NCBI GenBank assembly: GCA_964408995.1
Contig: CAYPBP010000001.1
Location: 10,823 to 74,822 of the forward strand
Direction: 5' to 3'
Origin: an uncultured Gammaproteobacteria bacterium
GTDB taxonomy: Bacteria > Patescibacteriota > Microgenomatia > UBA12405
Length of the DNA stretch: 64,000 bases
The position numbers and the translations under genes are program-made. How positions within the stretch are numbered: the first letter of the stretch is position 1; every line of letters starts with the position of its first letter. Below are positions 10,566-20,371 of the stretch, one piece after another. The notes below the pieces were generated by a model, which was given only the letters and a program-made list of their open reading frames with translations, made no database searches and was not told the DNA's origin.

Positions 10566-11386
10566 AAAACAAAAAAAATACTATTTCAGTTGCTATCGCT
10601 ACATATAATGAAGAAGCTAATATTCAAAAGTGTTTGGAAGCCCTAGATTGGGTAAATGAAATTGTTATTGCTGACGGTGCTTCTCAAGATAAAACCATAG
10701 ACATAGCTTCTAAATTTAACAATGTAAAAATAATTAAAACTACCAATAAGCCAATGTTTCATATTAATAAAAACATTGCTATTGATGGCTGTACTGGTGA
10801 TTGGATACTTCAACTCGATGCTGACGAGATAGTCACTCCAGAACTTAAAGATGAAATAATTTCTTATCTTAAAAAGGATATTAATAAAGTAAAAGAAAAT
10901 GCTTTTTGGGTTCCTCGTCAAAACTATTTTTTGGGTTCTTTTTTAAAAAAAGGTGGTCAATATCCTGATCCAACCATTAGATTTTATAAAAATGGTAAAG
11001 CTAGACTTCCTTGTGTTGATGTCCATGAACAAGCCAAAGTAGAAGGGGAGATTGGTTGGTTAAAAAATGATCTTGAGCATTACGCCGACACTTCTTTTTC
11101 CAAATATCTTCTTCGTCACAATCGATATACCACTCTCTTGGCCCAAGAACTACAACAAAAAAACACAAAAATAAACTTTATAAATGCTATAAACTTTTAC
11201 TTTTTCAAACCAAATTGGTGGTTTTTCAAAACCTTTTTCCGACACCGTGGTTATGTTGATGGTTTTCCTGGTTTTGTCTTTTCTTTTTATTCTGCCCTAA
11301 GATTCCCAATTACTTATACTAAATTTTGGGAATTAACCAAAACCAATCGTAAAATTGATTTAAAAAATGATTGGGACAAAAAATAA
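10562..11386 (+). CDS. glycosyltransferase family 2
   Basis: VAIATYNEE...DGASQDKT...QLDADE motifs of GT-A/GT2; ATGA overlap with upstream gene. Confidence 0.65.
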   Translation: MKNKKNTISVAIATYNEEANIQKCLEALDWVNEIVIADGASQDKTIDIASKFNNVKIIKTTNKPMFHINKNIAIDGCTGDWILQLDADEIVTPELKDEIISYLKKDINKVKENAFWVPRQNYFLGSFLKKGGQYPDPTIRFYKNGKARLPCVDVHEQAKVEGEIGWLKNDLEHYADTSFSKYLLRHNRYTTLLAQELQQKNTKINFINAINFYFFKPNWWFFKTFFRHRGYVDGFPGFVFSFYSALRFPITYTKFWELTKTNRKIDLKNDWDKK

Positions 11387-12483
11387 TGTCTAAAAAAATA
11401 AAAATAGCTATTGATATTTCTCCAACTCTTGATGGCAATGCTCTTCGAGGGGTTGGTTATTACACTTCAAATTTAATCACTGCTCTTCAAAGCGAAGTTA
11501 AAAATAATCCTGATTATAAAGATTGGTCAATAAAATTAATCAAAGACTGGAAATTAGAAATTGGAAATTATAATTTAATCCACTATCCTTACTTTGATCC
11601 CTTCAAATTAACTCTACCCAAAAAAAGTAATCTTCCCACTATAATTACTGTTCATGATTTAATCCCTATCGAGTTTAAAAAACATTTTCCTGTTGGTATT
11701 AAAGGTTATTTAAAGTGGTTAATTCAAAAAAATAGATTATTAAAAGTTGACAAAATATTAACTGTTTCTAACTATTCAAAAAATATTATTAATCAAATCA
11801 CTAAATTTAAATTAAGTAATATTTTCGCTACTCATTTAGCTGCTGATTCAAGTTTTAAACCTTGCAATAATATAAATAAATTAAAAGAAATTAAAAAGAA
11901 ATATAAATTACCATCAAAATTTGTCCTCTTTGTTGGTGATATTAATTGGAACAAAAATATTCCAACTTTAGTAAAAGCTTGTTTAAAATTAAAATATCCA
12001 TTAGTTATAGTTGGGTCTTCTGCTACTAAAAAAGATGTCCCTAATCATCCTTGGACTCAAGATTTACTTTGGCTCCAATCTAAATCTAGAGAACCAGAGC
12101 TCCAGCGCACCAAGAAACTAATTCTTACTGGCTTTGTATCTGACGAAGAGTTACCTTTTATTTTTAATTTAGCAACTATTTATTGTCAACCATCATTTGC
12201 CGAAGGGTTTGGATTACCTCTTGTTCAAGCCATGCAATCTGGCATCCCAATCGTTTACAGCCAAGATTCTTGCCTTAATGAAATTATGGACTCTAATGGT
12301 CTAAAATTTAATCCATACTCTCAAAAAAGTTTAGAGAAAGCTTTAAATCAATTTTGGCAAAGTGGAACTCTTCGTCAAAAATATGCCCAACTTGGTTTAG
12401 TTCGCGCTAAAAATTTTAGCTGGAAAAAAACTGCTCTTCAAACACTTGCCCTTTATAACTTGACTCTTTTAAATGAAAAATAA
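11386..12483 (+). CDS. glycosyltransferase family 4 (GT-B)
   Basis: C-terminal EGFGLPLVQAMQSGIPIV motif; track start 11371 is TTG, first ATG at 11386 overlapping upstream TAA (TAATG). Confidence 0.6.
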   Translation: MSKKIKIAIDISPTLDGNALRGVGYYTSNLITALQSEVKNNPDYKDWSIKLIKDWKLEIGNYNLIHYPYFDPFKLTLPKKSNLPTIITVHDLIPIEFKKHFPVGIKGYLKWLIQKNRLLKVDKILTVSNYSKNIINQITKFKLSNIFATHLAADSSFKPCNNINKLKEIKKKYKLPSKFVLFVGDINWNKNIPTLVKACLKLKYPLVIVGSSATKKDVPNHPWTQDLLWLQSKSREPELQRTKKLILTGFVSDEELPFIFNLATIYCQPSFAEGFGLPLVQAMQSGIPIVYSQDSCLNEIMDSNGLKFNPYSQKSLEKALNQFWQSGTLRQKYAQLGLVRAKNFSWKKTALQTLALYNLTLLNEK

Positions 12484-13276
12484 CAATCACTTTTTATCTG
12501 TCATCATCCCTATCTATAAACAAGAAAAAACCATCAAAAAAGATCTTAAGTCTATTAATGAAACTTTAAAACAAATTCGTTACGATTATGAAATTATCGC
12601 TGTTGTTGATGGAACCTCTGTTGATAAGTCTTTTAAAGAAATTAAAAAACTAAAGCTTCAAAAACTAAAAGTTTTTGGCTATAAAAATAATCATGGTAAA
12701 GGTTATGCTGTTCGTTATGGTATGGCCAAAACAAAAGGGGATTATATCGCTTTTATTGATTCAGGTATGGAAATTGACCCTAATGGTATATCACTCATCC
12801 TAGAGCATATGGAGTGGTATAAGGCTGATATTATCGTCGCTTCAAAACATCATCCAGCTTCTCAAGTTGATTATCCTCTTGATCGAAAGATAATCAGTTT
12901 TGGAGCTTATCTTATCTCTAGATTTCTATTAGGTATTAAACTGCATGACACCCAAGCTGGTCTAAAGATCTTTAAACGACCAGTTTTAACCAAAGTTTTG
13001 CCCCGTCTTTTAGTTAAAAGTTATGCTTTTGATTTAGAAATTTTATCAGTTGCCAATCGTCTTGGTTTCAAAAAAATTTACGAAGCCCCAATCAAATTAA
13101 ATTATAGTTTTACCAGCCTAACCCATGCTAATGGCCTTAATGTTATTTTTAATTGCTTAAAAGAAGCTCTAGCTGTTTTTTATCGTCTTAAAATTCTTCA
13201 TTATTATGATGACAAAAATAAAAGAAAATGGATCTACAATCCAGAATTAGATATGAGAATTAATACCGGAAAATAA
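12473..13276 (+). CDS. glycosyltransferase family 2 (polyprenyl-phosphate sugar transferase-like)
   Basis: LSVIIPIYKQE...DGTSVDKS...AFIDSG motifs; Dpm1/GtrB-like length. Confidence 0.6.
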   Translation: MKNNNHFLSVIIPIYKQEKTIKKDLKSINETLKQIRYDYEIIAVVDGTSVDKSFKEIKKLKLQKLKVFGYKNNHGKGYAVRYGMAKTKGDYIAFIDSGMEIDPNGISLILEHMEWYKADIIVASKHHPASQVDYPLDRKIISFGAYLISRFLLGIKLHDTQAGLKIFKRPVLTKVLPRLLVKSYAFDLEILSVANRLGFKKIYEAPIKLNYSFTSLTHANGLNVIFNCLKEALAVFYRLKILHYYDDKNKRKWIYNPELDMRINTGK

Positions 13277-13278
13277 TT

Positions 13279-14259
13279 ATGAAATCTAAGTTTTTTTCCA
13301 TTATTATTCCCGTCCGTAAAGTTAACCCATACCTCAAAGAAACATTATTAAAATTAAAGCAACAATCCTTTAAAAATTTTGAAGTTTTAGTTATCACTGA
13401 CAAAATTTCCGGTTCTGCTAACCCTTCTGAAAAAAGAAATTTAGGTGCCAAAAAAGCCAAAGGTGAATATTTAGTTTTTTTCGATGATGATTCCTATCCC
13501 AAAAAAAACTATTTTAAAAATGCTTTTAAATTAGTTCAAAAAAATCCTGATTTTGCCGCTTTTTGTGGCCCTTGCCTTACTCCGCCAAAAGATGATTATC
13601 TAAAACAAGCTTCTGGTTTAGTTTGGTCAAGTTGGCTTGGCAGTGGTGGAGCCGGACTTTATCGAAATAGTATTCAATCCTCTCGTTTTGTCACTGATTA
13701 TCCTAGTGTTAATTTAATTGTCAAAAAAGATGATTTTAATTCAATTGGTGGTTTTAATACTTCTTTTTGGCCAGGAGAAGATACTGTTCTTTGTTTAAGT
13801 TTAGTCAAAAAACTTAATAAAAAAATTTTTTACCATCCATCTTTAGTTGTTTATCATCATCGCCGATCAGTTATCATTCCTCATCTTCAACAAATCACTC
13901 GTTATGCCATTCAAAGAGGTTTCTTTGCCAAAAAGTTTCCTGAAACTAGTTTCAAAATTGGTTATTTCATTCCCACTTTCTTTGTATTTTATACACTACT
14001 ATTAACTATTAATTATTTAACAATTAACTATAATCTATTGTATATACCATTATATTTATATCTATCAATATTAATATTAACTTTTTTTAAATTTATATTA
14101 ACCAAAAACAAATTATTAACTTCCATTTTAGCCACCATTACCATCCCTATTACTCACATTTACTACGGTATACTATTCCTACGTGGTTTATTTAAAAAAG
14201 AAGTTAAATTCAAAGCCCATGCCTTCAACAAAAAAACCGGTAAATACATCGGTGGTTAA
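13279..14259 (+). CDS. glycosyltransferase family 2 with C-terminal membrane domain
   Basis: FSIIIPVRKVNP...FFDDDS motifs; four C-terminal hydrophobic helices. Confidence 0.6.
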   Translation: MKSKFFSIIIPVRKVNPYLKETLLKLKQQSFKNFEVLVITDKISGSANPSEKRNLGAKKAKGEYLVFFDDDSYPKKNYFKNAFKLVQKNPDFAAFCGPCLTPPKDDYLKQASGLVWSSWLGSGGAGLYRNSIQSSRFVTDYPSVNLIVKKDDFNSIGGFNTSFWPGEDTVLCLSLVKKLNKKIFYHPSLVVYHHRRSVIIPHLQQITRYAIQRGFFAKKFPETSFKIGYFIPTFFVFYTLLLTINYLTINYNLLYIPLYLYLSILILTFFKFILTKNKLLTSILATITIPITHIYYGILFLRGLFKKEVKFKAHAFNKKTGKYIGG

Positions 14260-17113
14260 ATCTATTTCTATTTCCTACCCACCACTAGTTTCTTCAAAAG
14301 GAACTCCTTTTTTATCCCAAAATCGTCAATTCCAATGGACAAACACTGGCAATGTTATTTATCCTGTCATTCCTGCCTATGCTGCTACTCTACTTAGTAA
14401 ACTTGGCTACAAAGTCTTTTGGGACGATGCTATAGCCCAAAAACTCACTTATTCAGACTGGCTAAAACGTCTTAAAAAAAATAAACCGAATATTATTGCC
14501 ATTGAAACCAAAACTCCAGTTATTAAAAAACATTGGCAAATAATTAATCAGATTAAAAAAGAATGTAAATGGAAACCTATTGTTATTCTTATGGGCGATC
14601 ATGTCACTGCACTACCGCAAGAATCAATTAAAAATAGTAAAGTTGATTATATTTTAATTGGTGGCGATTATGACTTTCTCTTATCCGAATTAATTGAATT
14701 AATTAATAACAAAAAAGCTCCAAAAAATAAAATATATAAATCCACCAAAAATCACAATTTAAATCAATTGCCAATCATTGATCGAAAATTAACTCAATGG
14801 CAAATCTATGCCTACAACAACACTAACTACAAATACAAACCCGGTTCTTATATTATGTCTGGTCGTGATTGTTGGTGGGGCAAATGCACTTTTTGCATAA
14901 CTGGTGATACTGGAATTACCACCAAGGAAAAAATTGATACAATAGAAAATATTGTCAACAGTAAAATTCCCTGCGAAGTTTTAACAGCCGAACATGGATA
15001 TCAAAAAGTTATCGATTGGCATAAAAGATTTATAAATGAAAATATAAAAAATGTTTCAACTCTATATCTACCAAATGTCTTAAAAATAACTCCTAATCAT
15101 AAAGTATATTATTTATCTAAAAATTCCTTAATCAGATGTAATAATAAAAACTCCTGGTCTTATAAATGTAAACCTTCAATGGTTTCCAAATTTCTTAAAT
15201 GTGATTCTTGCTTAAAGCAATATTATAAAAACTACACTATAGATTCAATTGAAGCTGGTAATTTAAAAGTTGGAGATTTTCTTGCAATTCCTATAGATTA
15301 TGAAATAAAAGATATAAAACAACTTAATGTTGAAAACATTATCTCTAAACAGCCAACAATATTTACTACTAATAAAAAAATAGCTGATAAAAAGGTTGAA
15401 AAAATAATTAAGCTTTGGGATCTAAAAAAATCTGAAAGAGCAATAAGTAAACTATTAGAAATTGATAGAGAAACTGTACATAGATATTTATCTTTAAATA
15501 AAAAAGGTGAATTATTAGAATCTATTAATCATCTATCATCTATTGATGATAAAATTTCATTTTTTAATGGTCATCACAAAATACCTAAAACTATTGAAAT
15601 CAATAATGATTTTTTGTTTATAGCTGGATTATTTATTGCAGAAGGACATGTTAGTTTTCATAAAAATAGACCAAATTCTGCCACGATTGGATTTACTTTT
15701 AATATAAAAGAGACAGATTTAATAGATAAAACAAAACAATTTTTTGCAAAATATCTCAATTTGAAATTAACAGAAACTATTAATGAAATTAACCATTCTT
15801 GTCAAATATCAGTTAGTTCAACTATTGTCGCAAAATTATTCCAAATTTTATTTGGAGACAATTGCTATCAGAAAAAAATCCCACCAGAATTACTATATCT
15901 TCCAATAGAAAAACAAAGACACTTACTTAACGGAATATTTACAGGAGATGGTCATCTACGTCCAGAAAATAAAAAGCGCAGTGGAAAGGAATATATTCTT
16001 GAAACTACATCTCTAACTCTTGCTAATCAAGTTTTTAATATGTTGTTAAGATTTGATGTATTACCAAGCTACAAGGCAATTTCACCAAGATTAGAAAATG
16101 AATCTATAAAATATAAAATTACCTTATTTAGGCAAGACATATTAAAAGTGTTCCCTGATATCAAATTTTTTGATAATCCCAAATCAACCTACAAGAAAGG
16201 ATTTATTTTAAACAATTTTGCTTTCGTTCCAATTATAAAAATAACAGAAGAAAATTTTAATGGTTATGTTTATAACTTAACTGTCAATAAAGACCATTCA
16301 TATGTCGCCAATTTTCTGGCAGTCAAAAATTGCTCTTGGACTACTCTTTTCCCAGGCAAATGTTTTCGTCAATTTTCTGTAAAACACACTATTAAAGAAA
16401 TTGAAAATTTAGTTTACAACTTCAAAGTTAAAGAAATTTTTGATGATTCAGGCACTCTTTCAGTTGGCCCATGGTTGAAAGAACTATGCCAAGAGTTAAT
16501 TAACAGAGGTCTTAACAAAAAAGTAAAAATAGGCTGTAATATGCGCTTTGGAGCCCTATCTTTAAAAGAATATCAATTAATGTATAAAGCTGGTTTCCGA
16601 TTTATTCTTTATGGACTTGAATCAGCCAATCAAAAAACTCTAGACTTTGTTAATAAAAATGAAAAAACTAGTGATGCTCTAAAAACTCTAACCATTGCCA
16701 AAAAAGCTAAGTTAGAACCACACGTCACGGTTATTATTGGTTATCCAAATGAAGATTTAAAAGATGCCAATAAAACTCTGTCACTGGCCAGAAAAATTTT
16801 CAAAAATGGTCTTGCTGACAGTCTTCAAGCCACCATTTTAATTCCCTATCCTGGCACCCCGCTTTTTAAATACTGTCAAGATGAGAATCTTCTTTTAACT
16901 AAAAATTGGGATGATTTTGACATGCGCCAACCAGTCATCAAATCATCTATTTCTCCAACAGAACAATTAGAATTAGTTCAAAACTTATTTAAAGGTATTT
17001 TAAGTCCTAAATTTATTTTCCAAAAGATAATTTCAATTCAATCTTTTTATGACATCAAACATCTTTCAAATTACGCTATTAAATATATTAAAAAATTAAA
17101 AGATTTCTCATGA
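14219..17113 (+). CDS. B12-binding domain / radical SAM protein (class B radical SAM, probable methyltransferase) interrupted by an intein
   Basis: N-terminal cobalamin-binding-like Rossmann region (IIAIETKTPVIKK...IVILMGDHVTALP...ILIGGDYD); Cys motif CWWGKCTF-C at the radical SAM cluster position; C-terminal region with GLESANQKTLD and IIGYPNEDLKD typical of the radical SAM core; track start 14183 is GTG, first ATG at 14219. Confidence 0.65.
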   Translation: MPSTKKPVNTSVVKSISISYPPLVSSKGTPFLSQNRQFQWTNTGNVIYPVIPAYAATLLSKLGYKVFWDDAIAQKLTYSDWLKRLKKNKPNIIAIETKTPVIKKHWQIINQIKKECKWKPIVILMGDHVTALPQESIKNSKVDYILIGGDYDFLLSELIELINNKKAPKNKIYKSTKNHNLNQLPIIDRKLTQWQIYAYNNTNYKYKPGSYIMSGRDCWWGKCTFCITGDTGITTKEKIDTIENIVNSKIPCEVLTAEHGYQKVIDWHKRFINENIKNVSTLYLPNVLKITPNHKVYYLSKNSLIRCNNKNSWSYKCKPSMVSKFLKCDSCLKQYYKNYTIDSIEAGNLKVGDFLAIPIDYEIKDIKQLNVENIISKQPTIFTTNKKIADKKVEKIIKLWDLKKSERAISKLLEIDRETVHRYLSLNKKGELLESINHLSSIDDKISFFNGHHKIPKTIEINNDFLFIAGLFIAEGHVSFHKNRPNSATIGFTFNIKETDLIDKTKQFFAKYLNLKLTETINEINHSCQISVSSTIVAKLFQILFGDNCYQKKIPPELLYLPIEKQRHLLNGIFTGDGHLRPENKKRSGKEYILETTSLTLANQVFNMLLRFDVLPSYKAISPRLENESIKYKITLFRQDILKVFPDIKFFDNPKSTYKKGFILNNFAFVPIIKITEENFNGYVYNLTVNKDHSYVANFLAVKNCSWTTLFPGKCFRQFSVKHTIKEIENLVYNFKVKEIFDDSGTLSVGPWLKELCQELINRGLNKKVKIGCNMRFGALSLKEYQLMYKAGFRFILYGLESANQKTLDFVNKNEKTSDALKTLTIAKKAKLEPHVTVIIGYPNEDLKDANKTLSLARKIFKNGLADSLQATILIPYPGTPLFKYCQDENLLLTKNWDDFDMRQPVIKSSISPTEQLELVQNLFKGILSPKFIFQKIISIQSFYDIKHLSNYAIKYIKKLKDFS
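14894..16330 (+). mobile_element. intein (479 codons) with double-motif LAGLIDADG homing endonuclease domain
   Basis: starts CITGDTGI (intein block A with Cys1), block B-like ITPNHKVYY, LAGLIDADG motifs FLFIAGLFIAEGH (15611..15649) and LLNGIFTGDGH (15923..15955) about 100 aa apart, ends HSYVANFLAVKN followed by +1 Cys (CSWTT); inserted exactly at third Cys of the Fe-S motif. Confidence 0.7.
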
Positions 17114-18126
17114 TTAAAGTCTCTTTTGTAATTCCCACTCTTAATGCTCAATTAGTTTTAGAAACCTGTCTTAAATCAATTAAAAAACAAACTGTATCAT
17201 CAAAAAACTACGAGATTATTATTGCCGATGGGGGATCGACTGATAAAACTTTGTTAATTGCTAAAAAATATCATGCCAAAATATATAAAAACCCATTAAT
17301 AACTGCCGAAGCTGGTAAAGCAGTTGGTGTTAAAAAAGCTATCGGTCAATATATTGCTCTAATTGATTCTGACAACATTCTTCCTACAAAAAATTGGCTC
17401 CAAAATAATATAAACATTCTAGAAAAAGACCAAAAAATAATTGGCACAGAGCCATTATTCTTCACCTATCGACCTAAGGCAGGCTTTATAGAAAGATATT
17501 CAGCCCTAACTGGTGTCAACGATCCATATGCCTTTATTTCTGGTGTTTATGATCGCCAAAACTATATAAATTTCAAATGGACTGGCCTTAAAATAGATCA
17601 AGTTGATAAACATCAATATATAAAAATACAACTAAAACCAAATTCAGAGATTCCAACTATTGGTGCCAATGGAACTATTTTTAGGACTGATTTTCTAAAA
17701 AATAATTTAATTTCAGATTATTTATTTGATATTGATATTATTGCTAGTTTTCTATCAAAAAAGAAAAAATCTATTTATTTTGCCAAAGTTAAACAGGGGA
17801 TTATTCATACTTTTTGTGAAAGTTCTATTAAAAAATTTATTCGCAAACAAAATCGTCGTATTACTGATTATTTTTATTATCAAAACCTCCGTCAATTCAA
17901 TTGGGAAAAAACTAATAAATCTGGTATCATAAAATTTATTCTTTACGTTGTTTTGATTATTCCTATGCTTTTTGACACCCTTAAAGGCTTTTTTCACAAA
18001 CCAGACATTGCTTGGTTCTTTCATCCATTGGCTTGCATAATAACTCTCTATCTTTATACTATAAACACAATTAAAAATAAATTTGGTTTATTAAAACAAT
18101 TAAATAGACAAAAATGGCAACAATAG
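17110..18126 (+). CDS. glycosyltransferase family 2 with C-terminal TM segment
   Basis: VSFVIPTLNAQ...ADGGSTDKT...LIDSDN motifs; ATGA overlap with upstream gene; last gene of the + strand operon. Confidence 0.55.
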   Translation: MIKVSFVIPTLNAQLVLETCLKSIKKQTVSSKNYEIIIADGGSTDKTLLIAKKYHAKIYKNPLITAEAGKAVGVKKAIGQYIALIDSDNILPTKNWLQNNINILEKDQKIIGTEPLFFTYRPKAGFIERYSALTGVNDPYAFISGVYDRQNYINFKWTGLKIDQVDKHQYIKIQLKPNSEIPTIGANGTIFRTDFLKNNLISDYLFDIDIIASFLSKKKKSIYFAKVKQGIIHTFCESSIKKFIRKQNRRITDYFYYQNLRQFNWEKTNKSGIIKFILYVVLIIPMLFDTLKGFFHKPDIAWFFHPLACIITLYLYTINTIKNKFGLLKQLNRQKWQQ

Positions 18127-19134
18127 ATTAGAATAAATTTTTTCCAAATCAAATTTTATTTGTAATTTTTTCAATTTTCTAATCATTTCCTGATACTCAA
18201 AATCAGTCATTTTATTTATTGTTAATAATATATTTCTAAGTTCAGGGGCGTTACTATAAACAAAACCAATATTATTATCTTTAATATAGCTTGAAACTTC
18301 AACAACAGAAGAAGTAATCACTGGCACTAGACAAGACAAATACTCTTTAATCTTCACCGGATCACAATAATAAGTCCAATCATTAGTCAAATTACTATAA
18401 GGTGCCAGTCCAAATCCATTAAAATCAGATAAATAATCAATTACTTCTTCATGAGTCTTTCGACCCAAAAAATTAACCCTAGATTCTATTTTGTTTTTAA
18501 TAACATATTTTTTATAATTTTCTAACTCCGGCCCATCACCAATAACTTCTAAGACAAGATTATTTTTTAATATGCACTTTAGTATATCCATTAGTCCATG
18601 TTCTTTTGTAATGTGTCCAATAAAAACTAATTTTTTATTATATTTACCTTTCTTTATTTTTTTTATTTTTTTGACAAAAACTCCATTTGGGGTATATATT
18701 ATTTTTTTAAAATCAACATCTTCATCAACTCTTTTATTTATTGTCCTTTGACTGTTACAACAAATAATATCGGCCTTTTTAGCACAGTATTTATCAATAC
18801 TAATATATATAAAATTCAATAATTTATTACTAAATCTCTTTCTAGAAAAATCAGTATTAAAAAAGATTATTTTTCTTATATTTTTAAACTTTCTTAATAG
18901 CAACAAAGGCAAAGTGTCAAAACAATTCATCCCAATTCCAATATCAATTTTTTTTTCTTTAGATATTTTTATTAATGCCAAAAAAAAATCTTTAATATAA
19001 AATAAGTTATTTCTTCCATCCAGTTGAAAATATATTTTTTTTAAATTATATTTTTTATTCTCAATAAATTCTGCCAAAGTTTGAACAGGGCCAGGAATAG
19101 AAGTTACATGGGCTATCTGAATTATATTTTTCAT
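18100..19134 (-). CDS. glycosyltransferase family 4 (GT-B)
   Basis: VFIGHITKEHGLMDIL...VIGDGPE pattern of GT4 C-terminal domain; convergent with upstream operon. Confidence 0.5.
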   Translation of the reverse strand: MKNIIQIAHVTSIPGPVQTLAEFIENKKYNLKKIYFQLDGRNNLFYIKDFFLALIKISKEKKIDIGIGMNCFDTLPLLLLRKFKNIRKIIFFNTDFSRKRFSNKLLNFIYISIDKYCAKKADIICCNSQRTINKRVDEDVDFKKIIYTPNGVFVKKIKKIKKGKYNKKLVFIGHITKEHGLMDILKCILKNNLVLEVIGDGPELENYKKYVIKNKIESRVNFLGRKTHEEVIDYLSDFNGFGLAPYSNLTNDWTYYCDPVKIKEYLSCLVPVITSSVVEVSSYIKDNNIGFVYSNAPELRNILLTINKMTDFEYQEMIRKLKKLQIKFDLEKIYSNLLLPFLSI

Positions 19135-19210
19135 TTTTACTTTTATATAAACACTTTATTCTAACCTAAAAATTGATAAAATTAACCAAATGAAAATATT
19201 TCATTAATTT

Positions 19211-20371
19211 ATGAAAAATATTTCCTTATTACTTTTTGGCTTAGTTCCCGAACAGAAACATGAAGAAATTAGTGGCGGAGATATACGTTTTTTAAAAATT
19301 TTAAAAAACATTTCTTCAAAAAAAATATCTATAACACTAATTGGAACCAATAATTGGGCACACAAATTAAAGGCGAATAGTATATATTTTAAACACATAA
19401 AAATAAATTCATTATTAAAAGCAAATAATATAATAGCTCTTTGTTTATTTTCTGTTTTAAATATCTTAAAAACGCTATCAACAATATCTATTGAAAAAAA
19501 ATCTGTTATTTATTCAACTTCCGATCTTTTTTGGGAAACTATTCCTGCTTTTTACTTTAGAAAAAAATGTCTTCTATGGGTACAAGTAATTCATCATGTC
19601 TATCCACCATGGCAAAATCGTCCAGGCAATCCAATTATAAATTTTTTTGGATTTTATCTCCAAAAAATGTCTTTTTTATTAATAAGAAAAAGAGCTGATT
19701 TAATTATTGTAGTTAACAAAAACGTTAAAGAAGAACTTGTAAAGTTTGGCATACCTAAAGAAAAAATATTTTTATCTTCTAATGCTATTGATTTTAAAAA
19801 TAGCCAATCAAAGTTAAATTCAAAATATGAAGCTGCTTTCTTAGGTCGTCTTGATCCTTCAAAAGGATTAGACGATTTCATTCCAATTTGGAAAACAGTT
19901 TGTAAAAGTCTTCCAAAAGCAAAGTTAGTTTTAATGGGAGCAATTTCAACAGATAAATTAAAAAAAATAAAAGAAGATATAAATAAAAATTCACTTACTA
20001 AAAATATAAAAGTATTAGGTTATGTTAGTGATAAAAAACTTAGTCAAGTTCTAAACTCATCAAAGATTTTTGTTTTTCCCTCTCATGAAGAGGGTTGGGG
20101 AATTGCCATTGCCCAGGCCATGTCTTATGGATTACCAATAGTTTGTTGGCAACTCAAAAATCTTAAAACAATATTTAAAAATAATTTAATTTATAGCAAG
20201 CCCTTTGACATTAATGATTTTTCCAATAAAATAATCAAATTATTAAATAGTTCTAAAAGAATAGAATTTATAGGATTAAGTAATAAAAAATATGTTCAAC
20301 GTTTTTCTTGGCAAAAAGTTTCTTTAAATGAATACAACAATATTATTAAAAAAATAAAATCTATTTCTTAA
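19211..20371 (+). CDS. glycosyltransferase family 4 (GT-B)
   Basis: FLGRLDPSKGLDD...SHEEGWGIAIAQAMSYGLPIV motifs. Confidence 0.6.
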   Translation: MKNISLLLFGLVPEQKHEEISGGDIRFLKILKNISSKKISITLIGTNNWAHKLKANSIYFKHIKINSLLKANNIIALCLFSVLNILKTLSTISIEKKSVIYSTSDLFWETIPAFYFRKKCLLWVQVIHHVYPPWQNRPGNPIINFFGFYLQKMSFLLIRKRADLIIVVNKNVKEELVKFGIPKEKIFLSSNAIDFKNSQSKLNSKYEAAFLGRLDPSKGLDDFIPIWKTVCKSLPKAKLVLMGAISTDKLKKIKEDINKNSLTKNIKVLGYVSDKKLSQVLNSSKIFVFPSHEEGWGIAIAQAMSYGLPIVCWQLKNLKTIFKNNLIYSKPFDINDFSNKIIKLLNSSKRIEFIGLSNKKYVQRFSWQKVSLNEYNNIIKKIKSIS

